Below are positions 1-9,269 of a stretch of 64,000 nt of DNA, in pieces. Where the stretch lies: NCBI GenBank assembly GCA_001776335.1, contig MFAZ01000043.1, positions 3,984 to 67,983 of the forward strand. The letters run 5' to 3'. The translations under genes were made by a program, and so were the position numbers. This DNA comes from Candidatus Curtissbacteria bacterium RIFCSPHIGHO2_01_FULL_41_11. Lineage in GTDB: Bacteria; Patescibacteriota; Microgenomatia; Curtissbacterales; GWA2-41-24. Position 1 is the first letter of the stretch, and each line of letters begins with the position of its first letter. The notes under the pieces were generated by a model. The model saw only the letters and a list, made by a program, of their open reading frames with translations. It was not told the origin of the DNA and made no database searches.

Positions 1-1012
1 ATAAATATGGTTGCAGGTAAAAGAACAACAAGTACCATTAGGTTTTTGTTGATTGCAATTTGGTTCGATGTCAGATAAACCGTCCCTAGCGCAAAAAACC
101 CAATTGCAAACTCGCAAAATGCAAAGGCCAGGAAGTTACTTTTTATGATTTTTGCATAATTTTTATAAAATAAACTTCCTATAGCTATTCCCAATAAATA
201 AAGCGCCAAAATTTCACTAAAGGCGTAGACCACGGTTCCTACGGTCGGAGTTAATATTCGTGTCCAAAGGACTTCGTAGGCTATTGAGATCAGACCCGAA
301 AGTGAGAATGCCAAAATTACGGTGGAAGTTTTTGGTGTTAATAATTTTAAAAAGTCTGTTTGTGAATTTATTTTGATTGTGGATTTAATTTCCGGTACTT
401 TTATAGTCTTTGCAACTGCGCCTATTAAAAAATTAATCAAAGCCGCAAAAATTAATGTGGTTTTCAGTCCGAATAACTCAATTAAGATAAAGGCGCTTAG
501 AAGTACGCCCAGGACCGCTCCAAATGTATTGACTGCGTAAAGAATGCTAACTGCGTTTTGGGGGCGGTTTTTTAAAAGATTTAGATGTTTGGTTAAAGTG
601 GGTAGTGTTGCTCCCATTAAAAAAGTCGGAATAATTAAAACCAGGATTGTGAAGAGGAATTTGATAAAAAGTAAAACAAAATCCTGCGAACTTCCATCAG
701 AAAACAGAGCATAAATATTTTTGATTTGGGGAATTAAAAATAGGGTTAGAAGGCTGAATAAACCTATTAAAATTTCTAAGTTAGAATAAACTTTCAGGAG
801 CTTTTTACCATTTGAGTTGTCTACAAATTTGCCAAAAGTGAGACTGCCAATTGCAAGTCCACCTAAAAATGCGGCGATGACAGCAACTATGGAGTTTGTA
901 GTCGAACCAAAAATTAAAACTAAATAACGTATCCAAACTATTTCGTAGATAAGACCAGCAGCTCCTGACAGAAAAAATAAAAGGTAGATTATTTTTGGAG
1001 ACCTAGGTTGCA
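1..1012 (-). CDS. Polyamine aminopropyltransferase (spermidine synthase)-like membrane protein, N-terminal multi-TM domain. Partial: the C-terminus lies beyond the window start.
   Basis: ATG at 1012..1010. Reverse-strand translation MQPRSPKIIYLLFFLSGAAGLIYEIVWIRYLVLIFGSTTNSIVAVIAAFLGGLAIGS... matches the signature N-terminal TM region of SpeE-like membrane fusion proteins. The frame stays open to position 1. It is not in the ORF track because it has no stop inside the window. Confidence 0.55.
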
Positions 1013-1201
1013 TTACGTAATTCTGCTTTTTGATAAACTTCCGAGTTTACATGAGCGAGTAGATACTTCAGTCCCCCGAAGTATGTATTCGTTCTTTCGC
1101 ATTCATCCGAGGACTAACAGTCCTGGGTGTTCTGCGAGCAAATATAAACTTCACTAAACCGAATACAGCTATACATTAGCCTGAAGTAATCTTCAATGAA
1201 T

Positions 1202-1966
1202 TTAGCTATGCTCCACTAAAGTGACTGTGATATAAACAACGATTATACCAAGAACCACTAAAAAACTTTCAATAGCCGCAAAACCCTTTCTTTTTTCATG
1301 ATGAATCTCCGGAATTAAATCCGAAGATGCAATATAAATAAAAAATCCAGCAGTTAGAGCAATGAATATAGGCAGATAGCCTGCCAAAATATCTCCTAAG
1401 ATATAAGTACCCACCGCACCAATAAATGCTACAGCAGCACTGGTAATATTGACCAAAATTATTTTCTTCCTCGAAAGTCCTTTATGAAGCATAAGACCAA
1501 AATCTCCAACTTCCTGGGGCAACTCGTGGGCTAAAACCGCCAGAGCAGTTACAATGCCGAGAGGTATATTTACTGTAAAAGTAGCGGCAATAATGACACC
1601 ATCTATAAAATTATGCATAGTATCACTGATAATAATTAAGGGCAGTGTGGATTTAGAATCATTATCTTCTTCGTGATACTGCTCATGGTGGTGAAACCAA
1701 TGAATAGAACGCTCCAAGAAAAAAAATAAAACCAAACCCGCAAGCGTCCAAAAAAAGATATCTATTTTTGCTTTTTCTCCTTGCTGAAGTGCCTCCGGCA
1801 AAAGATCAAAAAACGCTGTCCCAAGCAAAACTCCGGCAGCAAAAGAAGCAAGAAAATGAGAAATTTTAAGTGCAAGTTTTTCGCGGGAAAGCAAAATAAT
1901 TCCCCCGGCAAGAGCAATAATACTTCCTATAAAAGTAAACAATAAAATGTATGCTAAAGTTGACAT
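1202..1966 (-). CDS. ZIP family divalent metal (zinc) transporter
   Basis: 254 aa, about 8 TM. HNFIDGVII and HELPQEVGDFG motifs and a His-rich loop (HWFHHHEQYHEED). Confidence 0.85.
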   Translation of the reverse strand: MSTLAYILLFTFIGSIIALAGGIILLSREKLALKISHFLASFAAGVLLGTAFFDLLPEALQQGEKAKIDIFFWTLAGLVLFFFLERSIHWFHHHEQYHEEDNDSKSTLPLIIISDTMHNFIDGVIIAATFTVNIPLGIVTALAVLAHELPQEVGDFGLMLHKGLSRKKIILVNITSAAVAFIGAVGTYILGDILAGYLPIFIALTAGFFIYIASSDLIPEIHHEKRKGFAAIESFLVVLGIIVVYITVTLVEHS

Positions 1967-2246
1967 TTTTTACGGAGTCCAGATAATTCCAAACTGTGAC
2001 ATTTTGGAGGTTTTGAATCCATATTTTTCAACTAAAGTATATCATTATTGATATCCTTTAGCCTGGAATACTAAGAAACTGCATTTGTTGCAAGAAGAAT
2101 TGGAAGAAAAATCACGATCTGCAACTTAAGCTATTTTTCCATTCATATATTTAGTAACTATATCTGTAAGAATTCCTTTATCTAGCTGAAAGAAGTCAAA
2201 GTGTTCGAATAAAGGTTTAGTAAACTTTTCTACAATTTCTACTGGG

Positions 2247-2286
2247 GCCTGCCGGCAGGCAAGGCCGAGGGCTTTAGTGCCCTCGG
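2247..2286 (-). terminator. Two GC-rich hairpins (GCCTGCCGGCAGGC and CCGAGGGCTTTAGTGCCCTCGG) just downstream of the membrane-protein gene that ends at 2314
   Basis: Perfect GC-rich inverted repeats in an AT-rich spacer. There is no clean U-tract, so a role as intrinsic terminator is uncertain. Confidence 0.3.
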
Positions 2287-2313
2287 AAGTTTATGAAATG
2301 GCCGATCTAATCT

Positions 2314-3741
2314 TTACAGCCCCGTGGTAAGAGGCTGGGATAGAATCCAAAGACCAAGAGTGGTGTAAATTACCATTAATGCCAGCATTGGGAATTGACT
2401 TATCAGGGCCTTTTGCCCAGAAGGGTAAATCTTTAAGGAAACTAAATGTGCAAGGAAGACGGCAACGACGTGCCCCAAAAGAATGACCAAAACTTGAGAG
2501 TGCCATACAAAATTGGCGCCAACGATTCCGATATTTGGTGTAAAGTTAGCAGTCTTAAATAGATTCCAGCCGAATCCAAATGGATCCGAAACCAAACGAA
2601 TAATATTTTGACCTTCAGTTAAAAGTAGTGTGTAATAGTGGGCGATATTATATACCAGAGCAATCGGAATCAAGGAGAAGGCAAATTCCCTAGCAAGTTC
2701 TAAAATAGTCTGCCTAGTACCAGTGATTACTTTCGCTATTGCAATGAGTATCAAATAGATGTACAGGAATATTATAGGTGCTGCTGCAAGACCAAGTGTT
2801 TTAACTACTTGAAATGTTAAAAGCGAATTTTCTCCAAGAAGACTTCCAATTACAGTCTCTAAGCGGTAAGAAAGTCTCAACCAAGGGAGAGTCGAGCTGA
2901 AACCATCAAAGGCGGTCGAGGAAAGCATAAAGAGGATAAATACTAAAAGGCTGAAATGTTTTGTCTTGTCTTTTGCTAAACCCACAAAAGGGGGCCTGAG
3001 ATAAATTTTCCCTGAATCGACCTCGACTGGTGCGACTTTGGCAATTAAGCCAAAGAAGACACTGAAGAATTCACAATAAGAAAACCAATTTTTCTTGCCA
3101 AATGCAATGGCTCCTGTCAGGTTTATAAGAGTATATTGTATGATCAAAAGCGAAAGTTTCGCAGGTGTTGTACCACCAGCCAATTCCCACCAAATCAATA
3201 AAAAATAAATAATAAGAGCTGGCCAGTAGCTTAACTTCCGAGGATAGCTAAAAATTCCTCGTGTTTGCTGGCCTGTTAACTTCTCGCCAAGCTCAACTAG
3301 TACCCTCCAAGGATTGATAATCGACCAAAGATTGCCAAGAAGTGCCGTCAGGTAGGTAAAGCCTAGCAGGAAAACAATCCAGAAGAAAGTCATATTGAAA
3401 TTTGAGTAGGCGTCGTCAATGCCCCAAATGCCAGTAAGAACGGTTAAGAAAAAGAAAAAAAGGCTGATTGTTTTTAGTCCTTTAATAAACCAGCTTTTGA
3501 ACATCAGCCCGGATATTTCTTGAGATATTTCGAGTTTAGGGTAATTAATCTCTCTTTTGTGCTGATTGAAAAAATAGCCAATAATCAGAAAAGAAACAAT
3601 AAGAGCAGCTGCCGCCCCATACAAATAAAGCCAAAAGGGAACGGGTAAATTATAGAGTTGACCAAAGGCGTGGGCAAAGGTTGGTTTGGGAAAAATGAGA
3701 AGACTAATAAAGACGGCTATAAACGCGCCGACCCTCTTCAT
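2314..3741 (-). CDS. Polytopic integral membrane protein (>=12 TM), function unknown. Translationally coupled to the upstream cupredoxin-like gene.
   Basis: 475 aa, N-terminal signal/TM, many hydrophobic segments. Its start overlaps the stop of the 3741..4157 gene. Confidence 0.5.
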   Translation of the reverse strand: MKRVGAFIAVFISLLIFPKPTFAHAFGQLYNLPVPFWLYLYGAAAALIVSFLIIGYFFNQHKREINYPKLEISQEISGLMFKSWFIKGLKTISLFFFFLTVLTGIWGIDDAYSNFNMTFFWIVFLLGFTYLTALLGNLWSIINPWRVLVELGEKLTGQQTRGIFSYPRKLSYWPALIIYFLLIWWELAGGTTPAKLSLLIIQYTLINLTGAIAFGKKNWFSYCEFFSVFFGLIAKVAPVEVDSGKIYLRPPFVGLAKDKTKHFSLLVFILFMLSSTAFDGFSSTLPWLRLSYRLETVIGSLLGENSLLTFQVVKTLGLAAAPIIFLYIYLILIAIAKVITGTRQTILELAREFAFSLIPIALVYNIAHYYTLLLTEGQNIIRLVSDPFGFGWNLFKTANFTPNIGIVGANFVWHSQVLVILLGHVVAVFLAHLVSLKIYPSGQKALISQFPMLALMVIYTTLGLWILSQPLTTGL

Positions 3742-4157
3742 TATTTTGGTGAAACTTCAATTGCGCCTAAGTCGATTTTCGATTCTTCCAGTTCAAAAAT
3801 AAATCTTCCCGTTGAATTAGCGGTAAATTTAAGCTCTTTTGGATTATCTTTTTCTAAATCAACGAATTCGTCATAGCCATGAACATGAAACTCTTCGGGC
3901 TCATCGGTCGTTATCCTGATTACAATTTCGTCCCCTTCGGTTATTTTGATCGTTTCCGGACCAGATACCAGTTTTTTGTCTGCAATAACCAACTCAAAAG
4001 TTTTAACTGTAGATTCTGGGGATGGACTTTGAATCGTGGTAGAAGTTTGAGCCTGACCTGGAGTATTCTCTATTTGCTTTTTTGGTTTGAACATGAAAAA
4101 GAGACCTGCAAGTATTGCAACAGTTAAAACTAGATAAATTATTGGGTTAATCTTCAT
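3741..4157 (-). CDS. Secreted or membrane-anchored cupredoxin-like (Cupredoxin_1-type) beta-sandwich protein lacking the type-1 copper Cys ligand
   Basis: 138 aa, N-terminal TM or signal. The pattern F.L...D..L.SGPETIKITEGDEIVIRI.TDE..EFHVHGYD...F.F resembles cupredoxin-like domains. No Cys is present. Confidence 0.45.
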   Translation of the reverse strand: MKINPIIYLVLTVAILAGLFFMFKPKKQIENTPGQAQTSTTIQSPSPESTVKTFELVIADKKLVSGPETIKITEGDEIVIRITTDEPEEFHVHGYDEFVDLEKDNPKELKFTANSTGRFIFELEESKIDLGAIEVSPK

Positions 4158-4168
4158 AAACTTTTAAA

Positions 4169-4197
4169 TTTATACACTAAATACTCACAATTGTCTA
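4169..4197 (-). promoter_or_regulatory. Sigma70-like promoter TAGACA-17nt-TATAAA, 11 nt upstream of the ATG at 4157
   Basis: -35 at 4197..4192, -10 at 4174..4169, near-leaderless start. Confidence 0.4.
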
Positions 4198-4289
4198 GAA
4201 ATTTGTGGTAGTTTTTTTATGATTCAGTCTGTGGCCTGTACTGCAGCGCCTCTGCAACCATTCGATTACTCTCATGGTCTTAGAATCCC

Positions 4290-5828
4290 TTAATTATTAT
4301 CATTTGGGCGATATTGGAGGGATTCTGCGACATGATTTGATTTGATTTTGACGGAATCTTCCAGGTCGGCAATAGTTCTTGCAATTTTAATGACTCTATG
4401 AAATGCCCGTGCTGATAAGTTGAGTTTTGTAATTGCTTGTTTTAAAAGCAATATTGATTGCTCGTCTAAATTGCAAAACTGTTTAAGTTGCTTGTTGTTC
4501 ATTTCTGCATTTGATGTAATCTTTTGACCTTTGAATCTTTTAAGCTGAATGTCTCTGGCTCTCTGGACTCGTTTTTGGATTGTTGCTGATGATTCCGACT
4601 TAAATGCTAGAGTGAGTTTATCCGGACGCACCATGGGGACTGATATGTGCATGTCGATCCTGTCCAAAATTGGACCGGAAATTCTTTTTTGATAACGTGT
4701 AATTGCCGAGGGTGTGCAGGTGCAATTCCTGGTTTCGTCTCCAAAATAACCGCAGGGACATGGATTCGCTGCAGCAACTAAAGAAAAGCGGCATGGAAAT
4801 TTTACCGAACCGGCAGCACGTGAGATGGTAATATGACCATCTTCCATTGGTTGGCGAAGTGCCTCCAAAACTTGTCTGGGAAATTCGGGGAATTCATCAA
4901 GAAATAAAACTCCCCGATGTGCCAAGGAAATTTCTCCGGGTCTTGGAATATTGCCTCCTCCAATTAGACCAATATGACTTGTTGTGTGATGAGGACTACG
5001 AAAAGGTCTCGATGTGATTATGGGGTTGTCTGATGATAGAAGATTGGCGACTGAATAAATTTTGGTTACCTCTAAACTTTCTTCGAAGGAGAGAATTGGC
5101 AGGATCGTAGCATAACTTCTAGCCATTAAAGTTTTGCCGGCTCCAGGCGGACCTTTCATCAGAACGTTGTGGCCCCCAGCTGCTGAAATTTCAAGTGCAC
5201 GTTTAGCGCTTTCCTGGCCTTTGATATTTTCGAAATTATATTCACCGTCTTCGATGTTGGTATATTTTTGTTTCTTAAATTTTGCGGGACTTATGGATTT
5301 TGGCTCTGTTTGATTTAATGTTGAAAAGTGGTCGAAGAGTTGTTTAAGAGATTTAACAGGGAAAATTTTTATCTTGTCTACAGTTTGAGCTTCTTCCAGA
5401 TTGTCTTCGGGAATGAAAAGATTTTTAAACTTTTTGTCCCTTGCAGTTATTGCGCAAGGCAAAACTCCCCAAATTCTACGAAGAGAACCATCGAGAGAAA
5501 GTTCTCCTAAGAATATGGAGTCTGACAAATCGGGGTTCTGTAATTGCTCCGAAGCGACGAGTATCCCAAGTGCCATCGGAAGGTCGTAAGCGGGACCTTC
5601 TTTGGGAAGATCGGCGGGTGCCAGGTTGACTGTTATTCTTTTTGGAGGCATGTCGGCGCCGGAGTTTTTTAGCGCTGCGCGAACCCTTTCTTTGGATTCT
5701 TCTACTGCTTTGTCTGGAAGACCAACTATGGTAAAACTTGGGAGACCTTGCGCGGCAATATCAATTTCCACGGTTATCGGAACCGCATCAAGACCAACAA
5801 CTGCAGCCGAGGTAATTTTAGCAAGCAT
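4290..5828 (-). CDS. comM: YifB/ComM family Mg-chelatase-like AAA+ ATPase
   Basis: 512 aa. N-terminal Lon-protease-like domain, Walker A GPPGAGKT, C-terminal Mg-chelatase-like region. Confidence 0.9.
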   Translation of the reverse strand: MLAKITSAAVVGLDAVPITVEIDIAAQGLPSFTIVGLPDKAVEESKERVRAALKNSGADMPPKRITVNLAPADLPKEGPAYDLPMALGILVASEQLQNPDLSDSIFLGELSLDGSLRRIWGVLPCAITARDKKFKNLFIPEDNLEEAQTVDKIKIFPVKSLKQLFDHFSTLNQTEPKSISPAKFKKQKYTNIEDGEYNFENIKGQESAKRALEISAAGGHNVLMKGPPGAGKTLMARSYATILPILSFEESLEVTKIYSVANLLSSDNPIITSRPFRSPHHTTSHIGLIGGGNIPRPGEISLAHRGVLFLDEFPEFPRQVLEALRQPMEDGHITISRAAGSVKFPCRFSLVAAANPCPCGYFGDETRNCTCTPSAITRYQKRISGPILDRIDMHISVPMVRPDKLTLAFKSESSATIQKRVQRARDIQLKRFKGQKITSNAEMNNKQLKQFCNLDEQSILLLKQAITKLNLSARAFHRVIKIARTIADLEDSVKIKSNHVAESLQYRPNDNN

Positions 5829-5830
5829 TT

Positions 5831-6433
5831 TTAAGCTTTAGGATAGGCGATAACTATTAGACGTTTTTCGTCGAAGTTACCATCACATGTATAAACAGTC
5901 AGTTGATCTCTTGGAGAGATTATTGAATCGACATCTTGAGGTGTGACTTTTCTTTTTTCCGAAACAAGGTACGTGTATACCTTGTCTTTTGTTTTAACAT
6001 TTATCTCTGCCCCCACACTGATGTTTGCTAAATTCCCTAAAACGTTAGTCCTGTTGTGCCCATACAAAATAACATTACCTGAACCTGGTACTTCTGACGT
6101 AGAAAGCCATGAAACGCGAGTATCGGAGAGAGTCCAAACATTATCAACAATCTGACCGGGAGAAATTGGCAGATTAATGTTAACACTTGGGATTGAGATA
6201 AAAGTTGGTGGGGATAATTCTTGTTGTGCGGAGGTGTTTTCGGAATTTTGTGATACGGGTGAGGGCTTGGCAATTTTTGCTGCAAGAGTTTGTTTTTGTT
6301 TGTCTTCACCTAAAAGGTTTTTGACTATTTTTGTGGGGTAAATTTTTATAGCAAGAAGCGCAATGATGGTTGCGCTCATTCCGAAAATTAACAGTTGTAT
6401 GAAGTAATCACTCTTCAGCTTTGCTCCTGGCAA
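5831..6433 (-). CDS. Sortase family transpeptidase
   Basis: 200 aa, N-terminal TM. Catalytic His (ILYGHN), Cys (TVYTCDG) and Arg (RLIVIAYP) motifs. Confidence 0.75.
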   Translation of the reverse strand: MPGAKLKSDYFIQLLIFGMSATIIALLAIKIYPTKIVKNLLGEDKQKQTLAAKIAKPSPVSQNSENTSAQQELSPPTFISIPSVNINLPISPGQIVDNVWTLSDTRVSWLSTSEVPGSGNVILYGHNRTNVLGNLANISVGAEINVKTKDKVYTYLVSEKRKVTPQDVDSIISPRDQLTVYTCDGNFDEKRLIVIAYPKA

Positions 6434-6770
6434 TTTTTAAACCAATCAGAAAAGCAAGTAATCCAACTCCAAGTGCTATCACCCATTTTGCTATTTCTTT
6501 ATTGTTGCTCGTTTCTCCGAGAGTCGTCGTTTCACCGAGTACTTCCTGCTTGGTGGTGCCGCCTGCGGCTGCAGAACTTGATGAGGGAGTTTCAGATGGC
6601 GAAGGTGTGTCGGTGGGTGAAGGACTTGGCGAGGCTGAAGGGTCTGTGGATGGGGAGGGGCTTACGCTCGGGCTTGAGCTGGGGTCGGTTTGGGCAAAAG
6701 CGGTAACAGCTCCAGCAAATATTAAAGCGCAGGATGTGGCTAGCGCTAAGGCAGCTTTCCTTAATATCAT
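6408..6770 (-). CDS. Putative sortase substrate: signal peptide, Ser/Pro/Thr-rich low-complexity region, C-terminal TM helix and basic tail
   Basis: 120 aa. Signal peptide ALATSCALIFAGAVTAFA|QT, Pro/Ser repeats, then ...VLGETTTLGETSNNKEIAKW-[TM]-KIARSKAEE. Overlaps the sortase start by 26 nt and has its own promoter. Confidence 0.5.
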   Translation of the reverse strand: MILRKAALALATSCALIFAGAVTAFAQTDPSSSPSVSPSPSTDPSASPSPSPTDTPSPSETPSSSSAAAGGTTKQEVLGETTTLGETSNNKEIAKWVIALGVGLLAFLIGLKIARSKAEE

Positions 6771-6780
6771 GCAATATCTA

Positions 6781-6809
6781 GATTATCTAAAAACAGGCTA
6801 AAATTGCAA
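6781..6809 (-). promoter_or_regulatory. Sigma70-like promoter TTGCAA-17nt-ATAATC for the sortase-substrate/sortase pair
   Basis: -35 at 6809..6804 and -10 at 6786..6781, 10 nt before the ATG at 6770. Confidence 0.4.
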
Positions 6810-6823
6810 TACCCAAGATTTTT

Positions 6824-7657
6824 TCACTTTTTTGACTTTCTCCAACCGGCGGCTTGAGCGTCTTCTTCCGTGCAAAACCATCGTTCTCCCTGTGATTGGT
6901 CAATTTGGGTTTTGTTGTAATAATATTGTCCAGGCATATGATAAATTTTACCATTTGAGCTTATATTCCCTTTGACTATGCAATTTGCATCCGGGGGCTG
7001 CTGATTCTGAAAGGTTTGAACCGGTGCTTTATAAGATGAGTTGCAGGCTGACCACAATCCTAACTTATTCTGCTCCGCCTCTTGTTGAGCCTGCAGGAGT
7101 TGATTTTGATACTTTATGTCTGGCGGATAAGAGCTTGAGGTGGCATATCCCTGGCGCACAAGAAGATCGTTGACCATAACACCTTCAATATAAACATACC
7201 TCAGGAGTCTTCCATATTTGTCTGTTTCGGATACATCCTTCTCTAAAGTGACATTTTTACCTTCTACCAATTCCTTGTTTTTGCTTGCGGCTTCTTGCCC
7301 AAAACATTGCACAGTTTCCCGTGGATCTACGGTTTCTGGTGTATCAATTCCAATGTATCTGACTCTTTGGCCTCCTTCCCCTCCAGAGACGGGTCCGCCT
7401 ATGGCGGAGATTTCTATTGTGTCACCATCTATTACTCTGATTACTTTAAATATTTGTTCGGTAGTTGTTTCGGTAGTTGTTTTGAGTATTGTCGGACTTT
7501 GCTGATTTGAAGTTTTTGCACCTTGGGTTTTTTCTCCATCAATTTTAATACTTGTTGAAACGGGTTTTTTGAAATTTAAAGAAAAAACAGAATAGGAAAA
7601 TACAAGAGCTAATAGGGCGACGAGTGATATTAAAGAGTACTTAAATTTCGGAGGCAA
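6824..7657 (-). CDS. Secreted thermonuclease (SNase-like) family nuclease with a C-terminal Cys-containing domain
   Basis: 277 aa, N-terminal TM or signal. SNase motifs VIRVIDGDTIE, RVRYIGIDTPE, GRLLRYVY. C-terminal CIVKGNISSNGKIYHMPGQYYYNKT...GERWFCTEEDAQAAGWR. Confidence 0.8.
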   Translation of the reverse strand: MPPKFKYSLISLVALLALVFSYSVFSLNFKKPVSTSIKIDGEKTQGAKTSNQQSPTILKTTTETTTEQIFKVIRVIDGDTIEISAIGGPVSGGEGGQRVRYIGIDTPETVDPRETVQCFGQEAASKNKELVEGKNVTLEKDVSETDKYGRLLRYVYIEGVMVNDLLVRQGYATSSSYPPDIKYQNQLLQAQQEAEQNKLGLWSACNSSYKAPVQTFQNQQPPDANCIVKGNISSNGKIYHMPGQYYYNKTQIDQSQGERWFCTEEDAQAAGWRKSKK

Positions 7658-7658
7658 C

Positions 7659-8063
7659 TCAATCTTTTCTTTCTTTGACTAAAAAACCGCGCATGGTTTT
7701 TGTTGCGAAATAGAAAGCAAATAAAAAGAGGGCCGCAAGTGTTTGATTGATTAGAAAGAAGAAAAAATCATCAGCCGAGGAGAATGTCAAAACAGCATAA
7801 TATTCAAAAACTATAAAGCCTATTGACGATGTTACAACATCGACAAAGCTGAGCCATTTTTGTGCAGGATTTGTGAGACCAGCGACAAAAACCAGTGCCA
7901 GGATCGCAAAAATTGTGACGTAAAACGGAACCGGAATTAAATCCCTTAAAAGCGGCAAGCCCAGAAGCAGAATCGTTCCAGCAAGGAAGAAGAGAAGTCT
8001 CACGATATCCCCGTAATAATGAGGGAACCTGCCAATGCCAAGCAAAGTCTTAAGAGAGGCCAT
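7659..8063 (-). CDS. Small integral membrane protein (4 TM), unknown function
   Basis: 134 aa hydrophobic ORF, 1 nt upstream of the nuclease gene. Confidence 0.35.
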   Translation of the reverse strand: MASLKTLLGIGRFPHYYGDIVRLLFFLAGTILLLGLPLLRDLIPVPFYVTIFAILALVFVAGLTNPAQKWLSFVDVVTSSIGFIVFEYYAVLTFSSADDFFFFLINQTLAALFLFAFYFATKTMRGFLVKERKD

Positions 8064-8149
8064 AAATTTATGATATACAATTTAGCTTGTAAGAACAAGG
8101 ATCTCATTTCTTTGCAATTTTAGAACTACTATGTCTATTATTAAAAAGG

Positions 8150-8737
8150 ATGAGTAAAAAAGATTCTCTGCTGTCTGCAGCTGCCGGATTAGGTGTGGCC
8201 GTTTTTTTGGTGCCGACTCTTCTTAATACAAATATTGGAAGCAAGATTCCTCTTTTCCCTTTGTCTCTTTTGGCACTGCCGGTTTTTACTTATGGCGGAA
8301 TGTTCGTTGCAAGTATTATCGGAAGATCCTTTCCAATTCTTTGGCAACTTGCGAAGTTTGCGCTTGTCGGGGTTTTAAATACTGCGATTGATTTCGGAGC
8401 TTTAAACTTTTTGATTGCCAGAACAGGGGTGGTGAGCGGACCGCTCATTATTGCACTCAACGCAACATCATTTTCACTTGCTGTAATTAATAGTTATTTC
8501 TGGAATAAAGGTTGGGTTTTCCCTGAAGGGAAAAAGTCTAATTTTCTGACCTTTTTTGCGGTTACCTTGGTTGGGCTTGCGATAAATTCTGGGGTTGTTT
8601 TCATTCTGACTACTTTTGTTTCTCCCGTATTTGTGACTTCAAGTAAGCTTTGGGCGAATCTTGCGAAGGTACTTGCAACAGGACTTTCTTTGGTTTGGAA
8701 TTTCCTGGGATATCGTCTAATCGTATTTAAGCGTTGA
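8150..8737 (+). CDS. GtrA family membrane protein (polysaccharide-synthesis flippase-like) with an N-terminal extension
   Basis: 195 aa. GtrA signature FALVGVLNTAIDFG ... WNFLGYRLIVF. Confidence 0.8.
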   Translation: MSKKDSLLSAAAGLGVAVFLVPTLLNTNIGSKIPLFPLSLLALPVFTYGGMFVASIIGRSFPILWQLAKFALVGVLNTAIDFGALNFLIARTGVVSGPLIIALNATSFSLAVINSYFWNKGWVFPEGKKSNFLTFFAVTLVGLAINSGVVFILTTFVSPVFVTSSKLWANLAKVLATGLSLVWNFLGYRLIVFKR

Positions 8738-9269
8738 GGTATTTTTTCAGTTTTTTTAAGGCGAGAGCCCTGTGAGAAATTTTGTTTTTTAATGATGAAG
8801 GCATTTGAGAATAAGTTTTGTTGTACCCCTTAGGAATAAAAACAAAGTCGAACCCAAAACCGGAATTGCCTCTTGCGTGTGGAATAACTTTTCCCCAAAC
8901 CGTTCCTTTGAAAACCTTTAAAGTGCGTCCATCGTAGATTGCGACAGCATCTGTCACCTTAGTTTTTCTACTTCCCTTAACCAATTGGACAGTTTTTTCC
9001 TCGCCTAAAGTTTTAAGGAAAAACTTTACAAACGGACCGGGCAGACCGTTTAATCCTTCAATTTCCAAGCTAACATCGGTAACTAAAACCGGCTTTTTAA
9101 TTTTTTCGTATGCGGCTTTGGCTTTTTCGGTAATTACCTCGTCTAAGTTTAACGACTGGATTTCGGGAATATCTATATTGGAGATTTTATGGTTGGTCCC
9201 CAAAATTGCATTGATTTCGTCAATTTTGCCAGCGTTTGAAGTTACAACTACAAGATCGCTGATTTTCAT
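8727..9269 (-). CDS. rdgB: Non-canonical purine NTP pyrophosphatase (RdgB/HAM1, ITPase)
   Basis: 180 aa. TSNAGK, SLEIEGLNGLPG, GFGFDFVF motifs. Confidence 0.85.
   Translation of the reverse strand: MKISDLVVVTSNAGKIDEINAILGTNHKISNIDIPEIQSLNLDEVITEKAKAAYEKIKKPVLVTDVSLEIEGLNGLPGPFVKFFLKTLGEEKTVQLVKGSRKTKVTDAVAIYDGRTLKVFKGTVWGKVIPHARGNSGFGFDFVFIPKGYNKTYSQMPSSLKNKISHRALALKKLKKYLNA

Noticed and set aside
322-540. 72-aa plus-strand ORF
   Set aside because: It lies antisense within the SpeE-like membrane-protein gene, and the residue pattern of the opposite strand is far more convincing.
6421-6801. 126-aa plus-strand ORF and 60-aa minus ORF overlapping the sortase-substrate gene
   Set aside because: They are artefacts of the GC-rich low-complexity Ser/Pro-coding segment. 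Only the minus-strand frame has a signal peptide, TM and basic tail.
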